A DNA stretch of 64,000 nucleotides from Octopus vulgaris (taxonomy: Eukaryota), in contig OX597815.1 in the NCBI GenBank assembly GCA_951406725.2, forward strand, positions 88,474,001 through 88,538,000, read 5' to 3'. Below, in pieces: positions 14,320-25,780 of the stretch. The notes under the pieces are model-generated. The model ran no database searches, was not told the origin of the DNA, and was given only the letters and a program-made list of their open reading frames with translations. The position numbers were made by a program, and so were the translations under genes. How positions within the stretch are numbered: the stretch's first letter is position 1; every line of letters begins with the position of its first letter.

Positions 14320-17300
14320 AGATACAAATTTAATATTAATCTAAATTTGTTAAGAAGGTTGTTAAAGCTCCAATAGAAATACTTTTTAGTAAAATTTAAA
14401 CACAAAGCAGTGGGATATAGATTCAAAGGTACTAAAGTTTCCAAATTTAGCTCTTGATGTCACCATCTCTACTACCTTTAAAAATATACATCAATTCTGA
14501 AGTCTCTTCTCAAATAGAAAGCATTTGTAGCGTAGATTTAAAGGTATTGTTTTTAGTAATAATAATGCTCTATATATAGAGAGACGTGTAATAAAATTGT
14601 TCCATTACTGTTGGTCATTTTCTTTTCATCTAACATCACGTGCAAAGAAGGATGTTATTGAAAGTTACCAAGTAATAGATTGGTTACTGAATAATCATAG
14701 GTTACCTGTGATTGAGTAGTCTTATGACAGAAGAAAACTTATATGTGCCGACACCATCTTATTTTCCGGCAAACATTATTCAATGATTTTAAAAATATTT
14801 TAACATGGCAAGGTTTAGTTTGAGGGAACCTAGCATTTCTAGCAGCTCGAAGTGGAGACTCCTAACTTCCATAGTAATGTATTATTTTATGAAGTGCAAC
14901 ATTGCAGTACAATACAAAATTACTACGGAACAAGAATAGACATTAAGAAATGTTGTTTGTTGTTGTTTAGCCCTAGGTAAGTCCTGCTTGAGCATGATCA
15001 ACTCATCTTTTTAATTCAATGTATCCTTCTTTAGGGAAGATAGGGTATGTTATGAAAAGATTTGGCTGTTATTTCTCGTATACCGCGCTAATGCAGAGTG
15101 GCTTTCCTGGATCGTAATTCATCGAGCTGTTAAGAAAGGAAGAACTGAAAACTAAATGCTTTGTAGTATTTAGGAGCCCTATTTCCCGAGTACAAACTCT
15201 GCCAGAGCAAACAATGTCTTTTTAAGAAAATAATTAAGTTTGACACATGGGATTGAGTCAGTCGACGAAATTCTTAATTCAGTAGTGTCGTTTTCTTTTG
15301 TTTATTATTAAGATAAATCCGTGAGATAGATTACGGAAGTGTCATATAATAAACTAAACCAGCATTTGTTATTTCACTTGACTATAATATTGATATTTCC
15401 GCCATAAATTTATTTCTGATCACGTGAAAAGATTATTTTTTTGTTGTTATCACATTTCTTAAAATGTTTTCCTCCCAAGATTTAAGGAGTTCTGCTTCTG
15501 AAAACTGCTGATAAGCTTAAAGAAAAATACTTTAGCAGAAAAATGAAGTAAACAGGATGCTTAGAAATACGTCATTTTATCGATGGGTTTTTCTTTGCCT
15601 CAACTATCTAGATTTCTAAATCTTTGTATGAAGACTTAACTAGTTGACTGATGAAATTTTTACTCGACAGCGTTACGGGCAATACCTAACCTCCAGAATA
15701 ACTATTCAAATCTTGTACATACATTACACACACACACGGTACTATGATAAAATTTATCTTCTGACTGGCGTAAAGTTAAGAATGAAAGCAAAAAGAAAAT
15801 AATTATCTAAAACATTTTAAATATTTAATTACACTGAACATTCAATTTATTTTCGCAGCCAATTGGGTATTTAGTTATTGATTTCTTTGCAGCGAGGGAT
15901 TATTTTCCGTTTAACTAAATATAATTATTGATTGGTCACATGACTACATCATAACCAATTTGGTTAATAAAGCAATACCCTTGTTGTCTATGTATTTACA
16001 TTTCTATTTAAAAGGACTTCTAACGATGAGTTTCGTAAACATTACAGCAAGTGCTTTGGTGTCTAATTTCGCAGTTAATGCTTGAATCTAATACTTCATC
16101 TTTTTGTTGTAGTAATTATCGATTTCATTTGATTAAGCACACTTTCAAGTTTTGTAAAAGAGCAGTTGAATAAATTGATCTCAGTATACAATTGGCAGTC
16201 GGTTTATTAACTCCTGTCGAGATGAAAATCAAAGTCAAACATGGTAAGAATTGGGTTTAAAGTGAGACCCAGAGAAGACCGAATATTTCACACCATTATT
16301 ATCTAGCGTTCTCCCAGTTTCCATTCTACTGCCTCAATAGTTAATTTCGATTGTACTTTACTTTTTTCATGGATGAGCTTTGCAATAGACAGATGACATT
16401 CCACTGAAAGTTTTACCGGACAAAATGAATAAATACAGTAAAATATAGTAAACTACTTAATGTGGTGTGTTTCCGTATATTCCCGTTCTTAGTTCAAATC
16501 CAATTCTAGTCAACGGTATCTCTCATTTGCCTGCTTGGATTTGATAAAATATATAACAGTAATATATTCGAGTAAATTCAGAAAACTCGCAATGTAGTTT
16601 TCTATGGCAATTTGAAACAGAACACGTGGAAGAAGCCTTGTTATATCCGCTATCCTACTAAATATTCCAATGAAAAAAAAAAATACATAAAAAAAACTGA
16701 AAAAAGAAACATGCACCACGCAATCTCATCCCCATTTTCTATTAGTTTGTGGTTGTTTTCTCCAGAAAGCAATATCCCATTAATGAAACAAGTCAGCCTC
16801 CGATTAGTTTCCATTTCTAGATGAGCAATTTTTTAAAAACTTTACTTAGTGACAATGTCCTTAGATGAAGTATAAATGTTATAACTTACTACAACCTTCA
16901 ATTTGTTTTTTAATTCTTTTAGTTAAAATAATAATAACATAGCAGTCAATTTTCCCTTGAACTCTATTTTACGTTAGTACATCTGGAAAAGAATAGATAT
17001 AATAACATTCCATCTCAAGTAACTTAAAACTATGGGATCTCATCCCTAGTCAAAAAGGGATATATTTCGAACATAGAAAACTACTGAATCGATCACAATG
17101 TATATATTTTACCAACTCTAAACAGGAGGAGGATAAAGGTGACTATAGCGGTACGGTAAAACATCACTTAGGAGTTTACTGTATTTCATCTCACCCTGTG
17201 TGTTTAGCTGTCTGGTGGATAGAGTTCTTTTAAATATTTTCCAAATAGGCAGGGTGTCTGCGGTTGGTGAATAGCATACATTCCTTAATATATTAGTAGC

Positions 17301-19737
17301 AGATATGGAATAAAAGTTCAACGACCATAACAATTTCCTTTCGGTAGAATATCAAGTAACACTCAATTTAATAATCACAACTATTCGTAGGATCTCAGTT
17401 CTTGAACTTTTCTCCTTCACGTGTCGACAATAATTATGGCTAGGATTTTGTTTTCTTTCAGCAACTAAGAAGGAAATTTCAATTCATAATTTTTTTTTGC
17501 GTGCCCCATTCAGTACATCATCTATTTGAAATATTCTGGAGACAAGTTAATTTGAGAGAAGTCACATGGCTATGGATACAAAGCAGTGAAAAAGCATCAA
17601 TAACCGAATTCTGCATTGGATTTCATTACTCTATCACTCTAGATATCCACATATACAATAATTCTGTACATAAAAATGTGTAGAGCTCTAGCTTGGTGAC
17701 TTTTCTGAATTTATATACCACAGTAGATGATTGTTGCTGGTTCATATTAAGGCAAAAAAAATGTAGTGCTAGCGATGGTTCTTATCCAGCCACCAGTGAC
17801 ACACTATATCCGTAGTAAAAAATCAACACAACACCACCTTACTGTAGGGGGTCTCAGTTTACCGTATTGCAAACAGTAGCAACTTATTGTACAAGACACA
17901 TGAACACCTGCTTCGATGTTACGGAAATTATATAGTTAATGTCAACGAAGAAAGCATGACTATCTCAAACTTATATTTCTCTAATATGTCGTAAATTTGT
18001 GTCAGTATTCCTAGGTTAGAAATCAATAAAGATTTCGAGATTGGTATGGTACGAACTTAATATTAGAGAAATGAAAATATGAAAGTAACAATCTAAATTT
18101 ATGTGGGGAGGTGGGTCGGAAATTCAAGAGAAATTATTCCAAGCAGGCAACCAATTTAAACGTGAGCTAAGCAACAAATAAATTTTACTTTAGAATTTGA
18201 TTCCTGGAGTATATTTATTCAAGGAAACAATTTTATTTTCGTCTTCGAAATTACTTTGCTTCTCTGAGAGCAAACATAGCGAATAAACACATTCGATTGC
18301 GAAATTAAAAAAACGCTCCCTAAAATATTTAATTGCCGTCAATGCAGTGGAGTTTAACGAGAAAAACTAAAATACCAGTTTTATTTTAAAATTAAGGATT
18401 AATGACATTTTCTAAGGAATTTAAGCTTTTACGTTTTCATATATATTTACATTTTAGATTATTATTCTACCTTTATGTTGCAAAACATTCGCTTTACCTA
18501 TTTATATTGTTTATATGAAAAAAACTTAAATTACAAAAACTAGTGTGAAAACAGGGTCCTGACGAAGGTTTTAGGTAGCAAGGCTATTAATTCCAACGCT
18601 CTGAATTCCTTGCATAATCTAGTTAGAATAAATTTGAAAAAAATCAGGTGGTTAACCAACTCGTTTCACGTAAATTCTCGCTGAACAGTTCATGTGGAAG
18701 CATTTTAGTTTCCGACTGAAATTATTGAAAGCTATTAATTCCCCTAAAAATAAAAATGCATAAACGTCACCTAATCTTATTTCTATTCGCTTGGCATTTA
18801 ATGTGATTTACATAAGAAATCAATATTAATATTTTGTAAAAAAAAAAAAAAAAGCGTTAGAAAAATTGTATTCAATACGTGTGTTTCCAGAGAAGTGAAA
18901 TAATTTCGTAAACGAAAATAAAATTAACGTTTTCTTCAATAAATTTACTCCGAGAGGACCACATTCCGAATCCTATTACCTGCTAGAATAGCTGCAAAAT
19001 CACATACAGCCATCCTAAAAATGGAGACACAGGATAATATAGCTCCAAATACAATATATCTGAAAAAGAGATGATGATGTTTAGAACAGCCTCGATCATA
19101 AGTCTAACTGATCACAACGTTTCTGAAGCCAAATAACAACAAACTAACCCAAATCATGGTGTCCTTTCATTTCCTGATACAAATCATACAGAGAAATGTA
19201 CATCATCATTTTTTTACATTTCTCATTCTCAGTAACAAAGCTTTTTGACTCATCAAAAAAGCAATTATTTTTTTTTATCTGATGATCGCCGAAGAGAAAT
19301 CCCACAAATGCTCAGCTAATAGAACAGTAAAAACATTTCACTTTGCCAGTAATCAGAATAAAAATGAAAAGAAAACAAAATTTTTTAACGAAATATTTTC
19401 ACAAAGTAAATACGATTGAGTGTTCCGTGTACATCAGCAGGAATGTAATGTTGAACAAACAAATTGACAGTACGAGCTATTACTTGCAGTTTCTAATTAG
19501 CTCCCGAGTCCAAATTCTGTCAGGTAGACTTTGCTTTTAATTCTTTCGGATACAATAAAATAGATAGTAGTCATATACTGAAGTCAATATAAATGCTTAA
19601 AACAATTCTTCAAAATTGAGACATTGTTGTCGTGTTAGAAATAAATTGCGATAATGTATCCAAAAACTATTGAAGATTGCATAATTAACCAATGAAAATT
19701 GATAGCTGCAATTATACGGCCCACTGGTATGGTACTT

Positions 19738-19976
19738 GTCTTTAAGGCGGCGAGCGGGCAGAAACGTTAGCATGCCGGTCGAAATGCTTAGCCGTATTTC
19801 GTCTGCCGCTACATTCTGAGTTCAAATTCCGCCGAGGTCGACTTTGCCTTTTATCCTTTCGGGGTCAATTAAATAAGTACCAGTTACGCACTGGGGTTGA
19901 TATAATCGACTTAATCCGTTTGTCTGTCCTTGTTTGTCCCCTGTGTGTTTAGCCCCTTGTGGGTAGTAAAGAAATA
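19738..19976 (+). mobile_element. Full-length SINE family 1 with tail type B (Tx1-like tail)
   Basis: A/B-box-like head (GGCAGAAACGTTAG; GAGTTCAAATTCC). Tail TGTCTGTCCTTGTTTGTCCCC..GCCCCTTGTGGGTAGTAAAGAAATA. 12-bp TSD ggtatggtactt at 19726-19737 and 19977-19988. Confidence 0.93.
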
Positions 19977-21894
19977 GGTATGGTACTTTTGAGATTCAAA
20001 AAGTTTTTCATTTAAGGCTCAAGTGCCTATATTAACATATAATCTCAAATTATCTCAAAAGAAATAGGTATGGTCTTTGATTTTTATGACATTAAGTAGT
20101 CGAGGAACAAATCACTCAGACTAGATACTATTATCATAGGTAATTAATTAAACAAAGCCACATCTCATACCTTTCATGATACCTTTCATTTAAAACACGA
20201 TACTGAAACTATAGATAAAAGAACCCATATGTATCTCAATATTCTGTGACAGTCATGCTTTTCTTTAAAAACCCTAACAATGTAAGTTCCGGAGGCTCAC
20301 TAGGAACTTATATCACTACCCAATGGTGATTGATGCTAATAAATACTCAATAATGATTAGCTTCTATGTGGTTGCACAATCTGCTAGAATCATACCTTTC
20401 TGTCTCAAAAGCCACACGTTGGATAATGTACTTGTTATAAAATGTTTGAATAAAAGACGGGATAGTCATATATGAAACACTTTTGACTATGCACCTGAAT
20501 TTTGGAGTCCTGTTTTTAACATAGGTCTTTTTTGAGAGCTTTCTCTAGGGCAAAATATAGCTAGTGCAGTTCCATGGTTTTATACAGAATAAATATGAAC
20601 GCTGTTTTTTTCATTTAAGGCTCAAGTGCCTATATTAGCATATAATCTCAAATGTCATTGTTAATTTGATTCTAGCCTGTCTAACTTTCACATTAATAGT
20701 AAATATTTCGTTTATCGATTTCTGCATACGAACAGTTATTTCCGGATTAACTCAGAACGTCCAGTATATTCGTGAATGAGGATCAAGTTGAAACATTGTG
20801 TCTGACAATCTACTGGTGTTCTGGTCAAAGACCTGTGTTTTTAACACACAGATCTTAAAGAGACTTCTCTAAGGCAAAACAATACAGCCGTGTTGTTCCA
20901 TGTCTGTACATACATTATATTTTGCACATGGTTATTTTGATCTAAGGATGTTTTAAGTGCGAATATTTAACAACATTGCAGATTATTCGCTGGAAGGAGA
21001 TACACTGAGATGAATTAACTGCAATATATTATTTCTATTTATTTTATATCGTAATTTTTGAATAATAGCGTCGTTAGTTACAGGATTCCAACAAACCAAT
21101 CAGTTGTTCACTATCGGTGACAGTGGCTAGTGATTGTCACCTGTTTTCAGTTTCTCATTGATGTATATAACTCACGCTGATGTATACTGGCAAATATATG
21201 TACCCATATATACAGCGGGCTTCTACACGATTGTTTTCTATCATATTCCACTTACAAAGTATCAAGGATAAGACAAAAGACACTTGCCCAATGTGTCGAG
21301 CCGTGGCATCAAATACGGAAACCGTTGGTTACTAAGCGAATGTTTTAAACACACACTCATGCCCACACTCGTATTGCTTGTGTTTATTTCATCAACCCTG
21401 ACAGAATTTTCAAACATAACATAGAAGAAACGAATCTAGATACGTTGTCCGATACTTAAATATTTGTGACTATCCACTGCAAACTATTAGCAACAACGAT
21501 AATTGAGACTGTCATAATGTATCACTCACTGGTACTTTCTTTTTATCGATCGCAGAGATATAAATTAGAAAATTAGGTTGCGGTAACTTAGAACATTAAG
21601 ACATTAAGTTAAATACGACATTACCCTTGGCTTGTTTTCTGTTGCACATCCATTTTCATAAGTAACAACAATGATAATTTCTAATCAGCACAAACCCTAA
21701 AAAGTTTGCGGAAGGGAATAGGCAATTAAGTTGATAAGGTATTTATTTTAAAGGAGATCGAAGAATGAAAGGCAAAGAAAATCCTAGTGTGATTTGATCT
21801 TAAGGTACGTGAATAAATACTACAAAACATTTTGGCCGATTTACTATCCAGCTTGCCCCAATTTCAGTAGTAACAATGAACATTTCTAACTGAC

Positions 21895-22053
21895 ACAAAG
21901 TCTCAAATTTAGGACCCAGAGTAAATCGATTCTAATATATGATTGACATTGCTTTTTTGATGCCTTGAAAGACGAAAGGCTAAGATAAACCCGACAGAAT
22001 TTCAACAGAGATACGTACTGTAAAATATTGTCTGAAACTTTACCAATTGTCAT
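21895..22053 (-). CDS. Probable next coding exon of the host gene (MTIGKVSDNILQYVSLLKFC...LNLRLC)
   Basis: Acceptor ...tatcggtacag| gives phase 0, matching the phase-0 donor of the large exon. Open for 53 codons. Ends at a possible GTCAGT donor (21894) or at the stop at 21886. Confidence 0.5.
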
Positions 22054-22083
22054 CTGTACCGATATAACAACAGCAACAATAAT

Positions 22084-22670
22084 GGTTTCAAATTTTGACA
22101 CACGGTCAGCAATTTAGGTAAATCGATTACATCGACCCCAATGCTTGACTGATATTTATTTCATCGATTTCGAAAGAATGAAAGGCAAAGTTGATCTCGG
22201 CAGAATTTGAACTCAGAACGTCGCTAAGAATTTTGTTCGATGCGCTAAGATTCTGCCAGCTCGCTGCCTTACAGTAATGATAATAGTCTCAAATTCTGGC
22301 ACAGGGCCAGTGGTTTTTGAGGTGAGGGGCAAATCGATTACATCAACCCTAGTGTTCAACTGGTACATGTTTTATAGACACCGAAAGGATGAAAGGTAAA
22401 GTCAACCTCAGTAGAATTTGAACTCAGAACATAAAGATGGATAAAATGCTGATAAGTATTTTGCCCGGTGTGATAACGATTCTGCCAGCACGCCGCCTAA
22501 CAAAAACAATAATAATCCTTTCTACTATAGGTACAAGTCCTGAAATTTGTGGGGAGTGGGTAAGTCGCCCCGAAGTATGAAAGGCAGAGTTGACCAGAAA
22601 GTAAAGGGCCGGAAGAAATGTCGCTAAGAATTTTGTGCGACGCGCTAACGATTTTGCCAGCTCGCCACTT
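22084..22670 (-). mobile_element. Three head-to-tail SINE family 1 copies (tail type A; one internally deleted)
   Basis: Units at about 22084-22270, 22287-22498 and 22517-22670, each ending on the + strand in gctaacgattctgccagc(t)cgc(c)gcctt-like head sequence. Confidence 0.9.
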
Positions 22671-22707
22671 TACAACAACCACAGCAATGATAATAATAAT
22701 CTCTTAC

Positions 22708-23476
22708 TTGCAGAAGACGTTGGTGTGCAGATTCGGAAATAGCCTCAGTTAAATCTTTGCCTCGTGGTCCTTTCAGTAAAGTTAAAGCTTGCTTCATTTG
22801 TTGTATCATGTGGTTCATCTCAAAATGTAACGAATACTGCAAACTATTCAAGGATCCATCAAAGCATTGAACCAAACCGTGTTTACCCAGCTTTTCAATA
22901 TTAGATTCCATAGTAACTTTAGCCGTTCGGAGATTATCAGCCAAAGATGTGTCGACTGTGGAAGCCATCCACAGAAGATTTCGGCATGCCGGAAAATAAC
23001 TGTTACAGTTTTTCTCACCCTTCCCTGAAGCTAACCATTCTTCAGCAAAAAACAGAATCAACTTTGGCACAAGCATATCTGGAGAGAGAAGACGCCATGA
23101 GGCAGATCCAGGTGTAGTGCTTTGGTATAGTCGAGTGTAGAGCACATCAAGAACTGGAAGAGACAAAGGAATCGACTCGTAGAGTAGTTTAAAAGGAATG
23201 TCATTAAGGATAGCATGCAGTGTTGATAAGTCAATCCGTCCGAGTTCTGAAGCACATTCTTCGAAGTGTTTGTTTTGCAAAAGGTACAATACTTTCTGAA
23301 TTTGGCTGTGAACCGGACTGTGTATAGGTTTATTATTGGGCCTATGTTGGAAATTGAGGTTTCTACCACTTTTTTTGATGTCGTTCTTAAACATTGCTTG
23401 AAGATGGTTCCGACAGAGTTCCTCGTAAGAAACTGGTTTATCCATCTTTTGCTTTTTTAAAATCTTTGGCAATAAT
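22708..23476 (-). CDS. Large (769 nt) coding exon of an uncharacterised, probably alpha-helical host protein
   Basis: About 256 open codons of normal complexity in AT-rich DNA with no transposon motif. Strong acceptor (ttttcttttctttacttcag|, 23477) and donor (CAA|gtaagag, 22707). The ORF-track tail past ...HQRLLQ runs into intron/SINE. The start may be MDKPVSY within the exon. Confidence 0.85.
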
Positions 23477-23625
23477 CTGAAGTAAAGAAAAGAAAAGAAA
23501 AAACAGTTTAGTTTACTTTATGCAGGGGAGAGAAGCATTTGAAAATTTTTCATTTGTTCAACACTAACTAGTTAGACATTTAATTACAGCAGTAGTTGTG
23601 TTTAATAAGAATTATATCGATTTCT

Positions 23626-23927
23626 GTGGAGGCACATGGCCTAGTGATTAAAGCAGCGGACTCGCGTTCGAAGGATCGCGGGTTCGAATCTCAGACCGGG
23701 CGATGTGTCTGTTTATGAGCGAAACACCTAAGCTCCACGCAGCTCAGTCAGAAGATAATGGCTACCTTCTGCTGACTCTTTCGCCACGACTTTCTCCCAC
23801 TCTTTCCTCCTGCATCTTGCAGCTCACCTGCGACGGACCGGCGTCCCGTCCAGGTGGGGAACCTATACGCCAAGGAAACCGGGAAACCGGCCCTGTGAGC
23901 CAGGCGTGGCTCGAGAAGGAATGAACA
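23626..23927 (+). mobile_element. tRNA-derived SINE family 2 (Meta-domain-like 3' half)
   Basis: A box TGGCCTAGTGA, B box GGTTCGAATCT. 3' part CCTGCGACGGACCGGCGTCCCGTCCAGG..GAAACCGGG. 12-bp TSD atatcgatttct at 23614-23625 and 23928-23939. Confidence 0.9.
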
Positions 23928-23934
23928 ATATCGA

Positions 23935-24123
23935 TTTCTAATTTCGGTACAAGACCAGCAATTTTGTGGGAGGAGAAAAGTCGATTTCATCGATCCCAGT
24001 GCTCAACTAGTACTTATTTTATCGACCCCGAAAGGATGAAAGGCAAAGTAAACCTCGACAGAACTTGAGCTCAGAACGTAAAAACAAACGAAATACCGTT
24101 AAGCATATTGCCCGGCGTGCTAA
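23935..24123 (-). mobile_element. SINE family 1 (tail type A), head-truncated
   Basis: Similarity to other copies. Confidence 0.85.
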
Positions 24124-24151
24124 TCTAATGATTATAATATTACTTTATCTG

Positions 24152-24364
24152 AGGATGACAAGCTGGCAGAATCATTAGCACGCCGGGCACAAGGCTTAGC
24201 AGCGTTTCGTCCGTCGCTTCGTTTTGAGTTCAAATTCTGCCGAGGTCGACTTTGCTTTTCATCCTTTCGGGGTCAATAAAATAAGTACCAGTCGAGCACT
24301 GGGGTCGATGTAATTGACTAGTCCCCTCCACGAGACTTCTGGCCTTGTGCCAAAATTTGAAACC
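24152..24364 (+). mobile_element. SINE family 1 (tail type A)
   Basis: Full head and body, tail TGGCCTTGTGCCAAAATTTGAAACC. 16-bp TSD aatattactttatctg at 24136-24151 and 24365-24380. Confidence 0.92.
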
Positions 24365-25780
24365 AATATTACTTTATCTGCAGGCGGACGCCTCACCGAA
24401 AAATGTATATCATAAAACAAAATAAAAATTATGCAGAAGAGCCATACAGAAGTGGAATGAGTGTTACCTATTTCTTGGTGCCTTTAGCAAAAAACAAAAT
24501 AGATTTCAGCCATTCTATGATCCTAGTAATGTATAAAAATGATATTGAGATGTAGCTGAAGTTCCCATCTTTTCGATGTCAGTATATTTGGGCTCGTTCC
24601 TTTCGTGTTGGTGATAGAAGCGATCTAACATCTACATGTTGTTCTTACACGTGTGATTTGCATCACGGTGTATGCAGACTGTGACAAACGGTCGGAGACT
24701 GAGTAAGCAATAACATACTTCATGCACATACACTCAATGACTGACACCATAAAATCAAAATTCCTGCGAGGAATCCAATGCAAAATAAATTGTCGTTTGC
24801 AAACCCCCAAGTGCAAGCTGTTATTGCATTTAAACGAAAGTTTGATACGAAAACTATTAAGAAAAATATAATACGTCGCAATTTATGGGTAATAGCGTTA
24901 AAACTTGAAGATTTCGCTTTCTTGCAGAGTCCTTAGATTAAATCAAGCTTACATATCGAGTACTTTGCGAAATATCCTTAAAATATATTTGATTGTCAAA
25001 TATACTACTTCTCAAAATTATAGTATAAGATAATGAAATCTTATATAATTGATCAAGTGAATAGTATACAAACAATGAGGTGTAAATATTTTAAATGAAT
25101 GCAAAACAACAAATCGTACTTTTAAACTAAACAGATATAAATGAAAGAAAAGAGTGAAGCAGTGGGAGGGAAGGAGGACAGTTCGGATTAAAGATAAAAT
25201 GGGCTTCGGAGTAAAGATAAAATGGGCTTCTGATCGTGCAAAAGTTAGTTTGATGACAAAGAAGTAAATTAATTAAATGAAATTAATATCCACCTACAAT
25301 TTAATCTAATCTGTTTACGTAGTATTTTAGATTTAGCTTCAGAGATAAGAACTTCAATTTCTTTCTAATTAACAATGTGTGTGAAATAGGGTCTAATCTC
25401 GGTATTGGACACCATGAACAATGTGACACTTTAAAAAAATTCAATGTTTATGGATATCAGCCTTTATAAAATATAGCAACAATGAATTTGGTCTTTTGAT
25501 GTATCAACTTTGGGCGTAGCGTCAGAAGCAGTGACGGGATTCGAGCTGCCAGTCGGTGGTATTGCACTTATGGACAATAGCGTCTACAATACACCGCACA
25601 ATAAAATAGAATGAAATATTATTTTTAATTTTGATTCTCACATGAAAAGTGGACTGTACCAGCAAAGCATTTTCTGATCCCACATGCGTGTTTAGAGAGT
25701 AAGATGAAGTAGAGAAGATTGTCATATGCACAGGCGGTTTGAGTTATTAGTAACGGAGTGGTTTTTGTCGTGTTAGACGT

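Noticed and set aside
17118-17333. Possible terminal exon (..YSKLLSDVLPYRYSHLYPPPV*)
   Set aside because: Weak acceptor and no phase-consistent link; cannot be supported without transcripts.
18555-18600. CTGACGAAGG as a hammerhead core
   Set aside because: No convincing stem II followed by GAAA.
23628-23701. tRNA-Arg gene
   Set aside because: Imperfect cloverleaf that continues into a SINE body with a TSD; it is a SINE head.
25182-25230. 23-bp tandem duplication
   Set aside because: Simple two-unit slippage with no spacers; not CRISPR-like. No CRISPR array or prokaryotic system is seen in the window.
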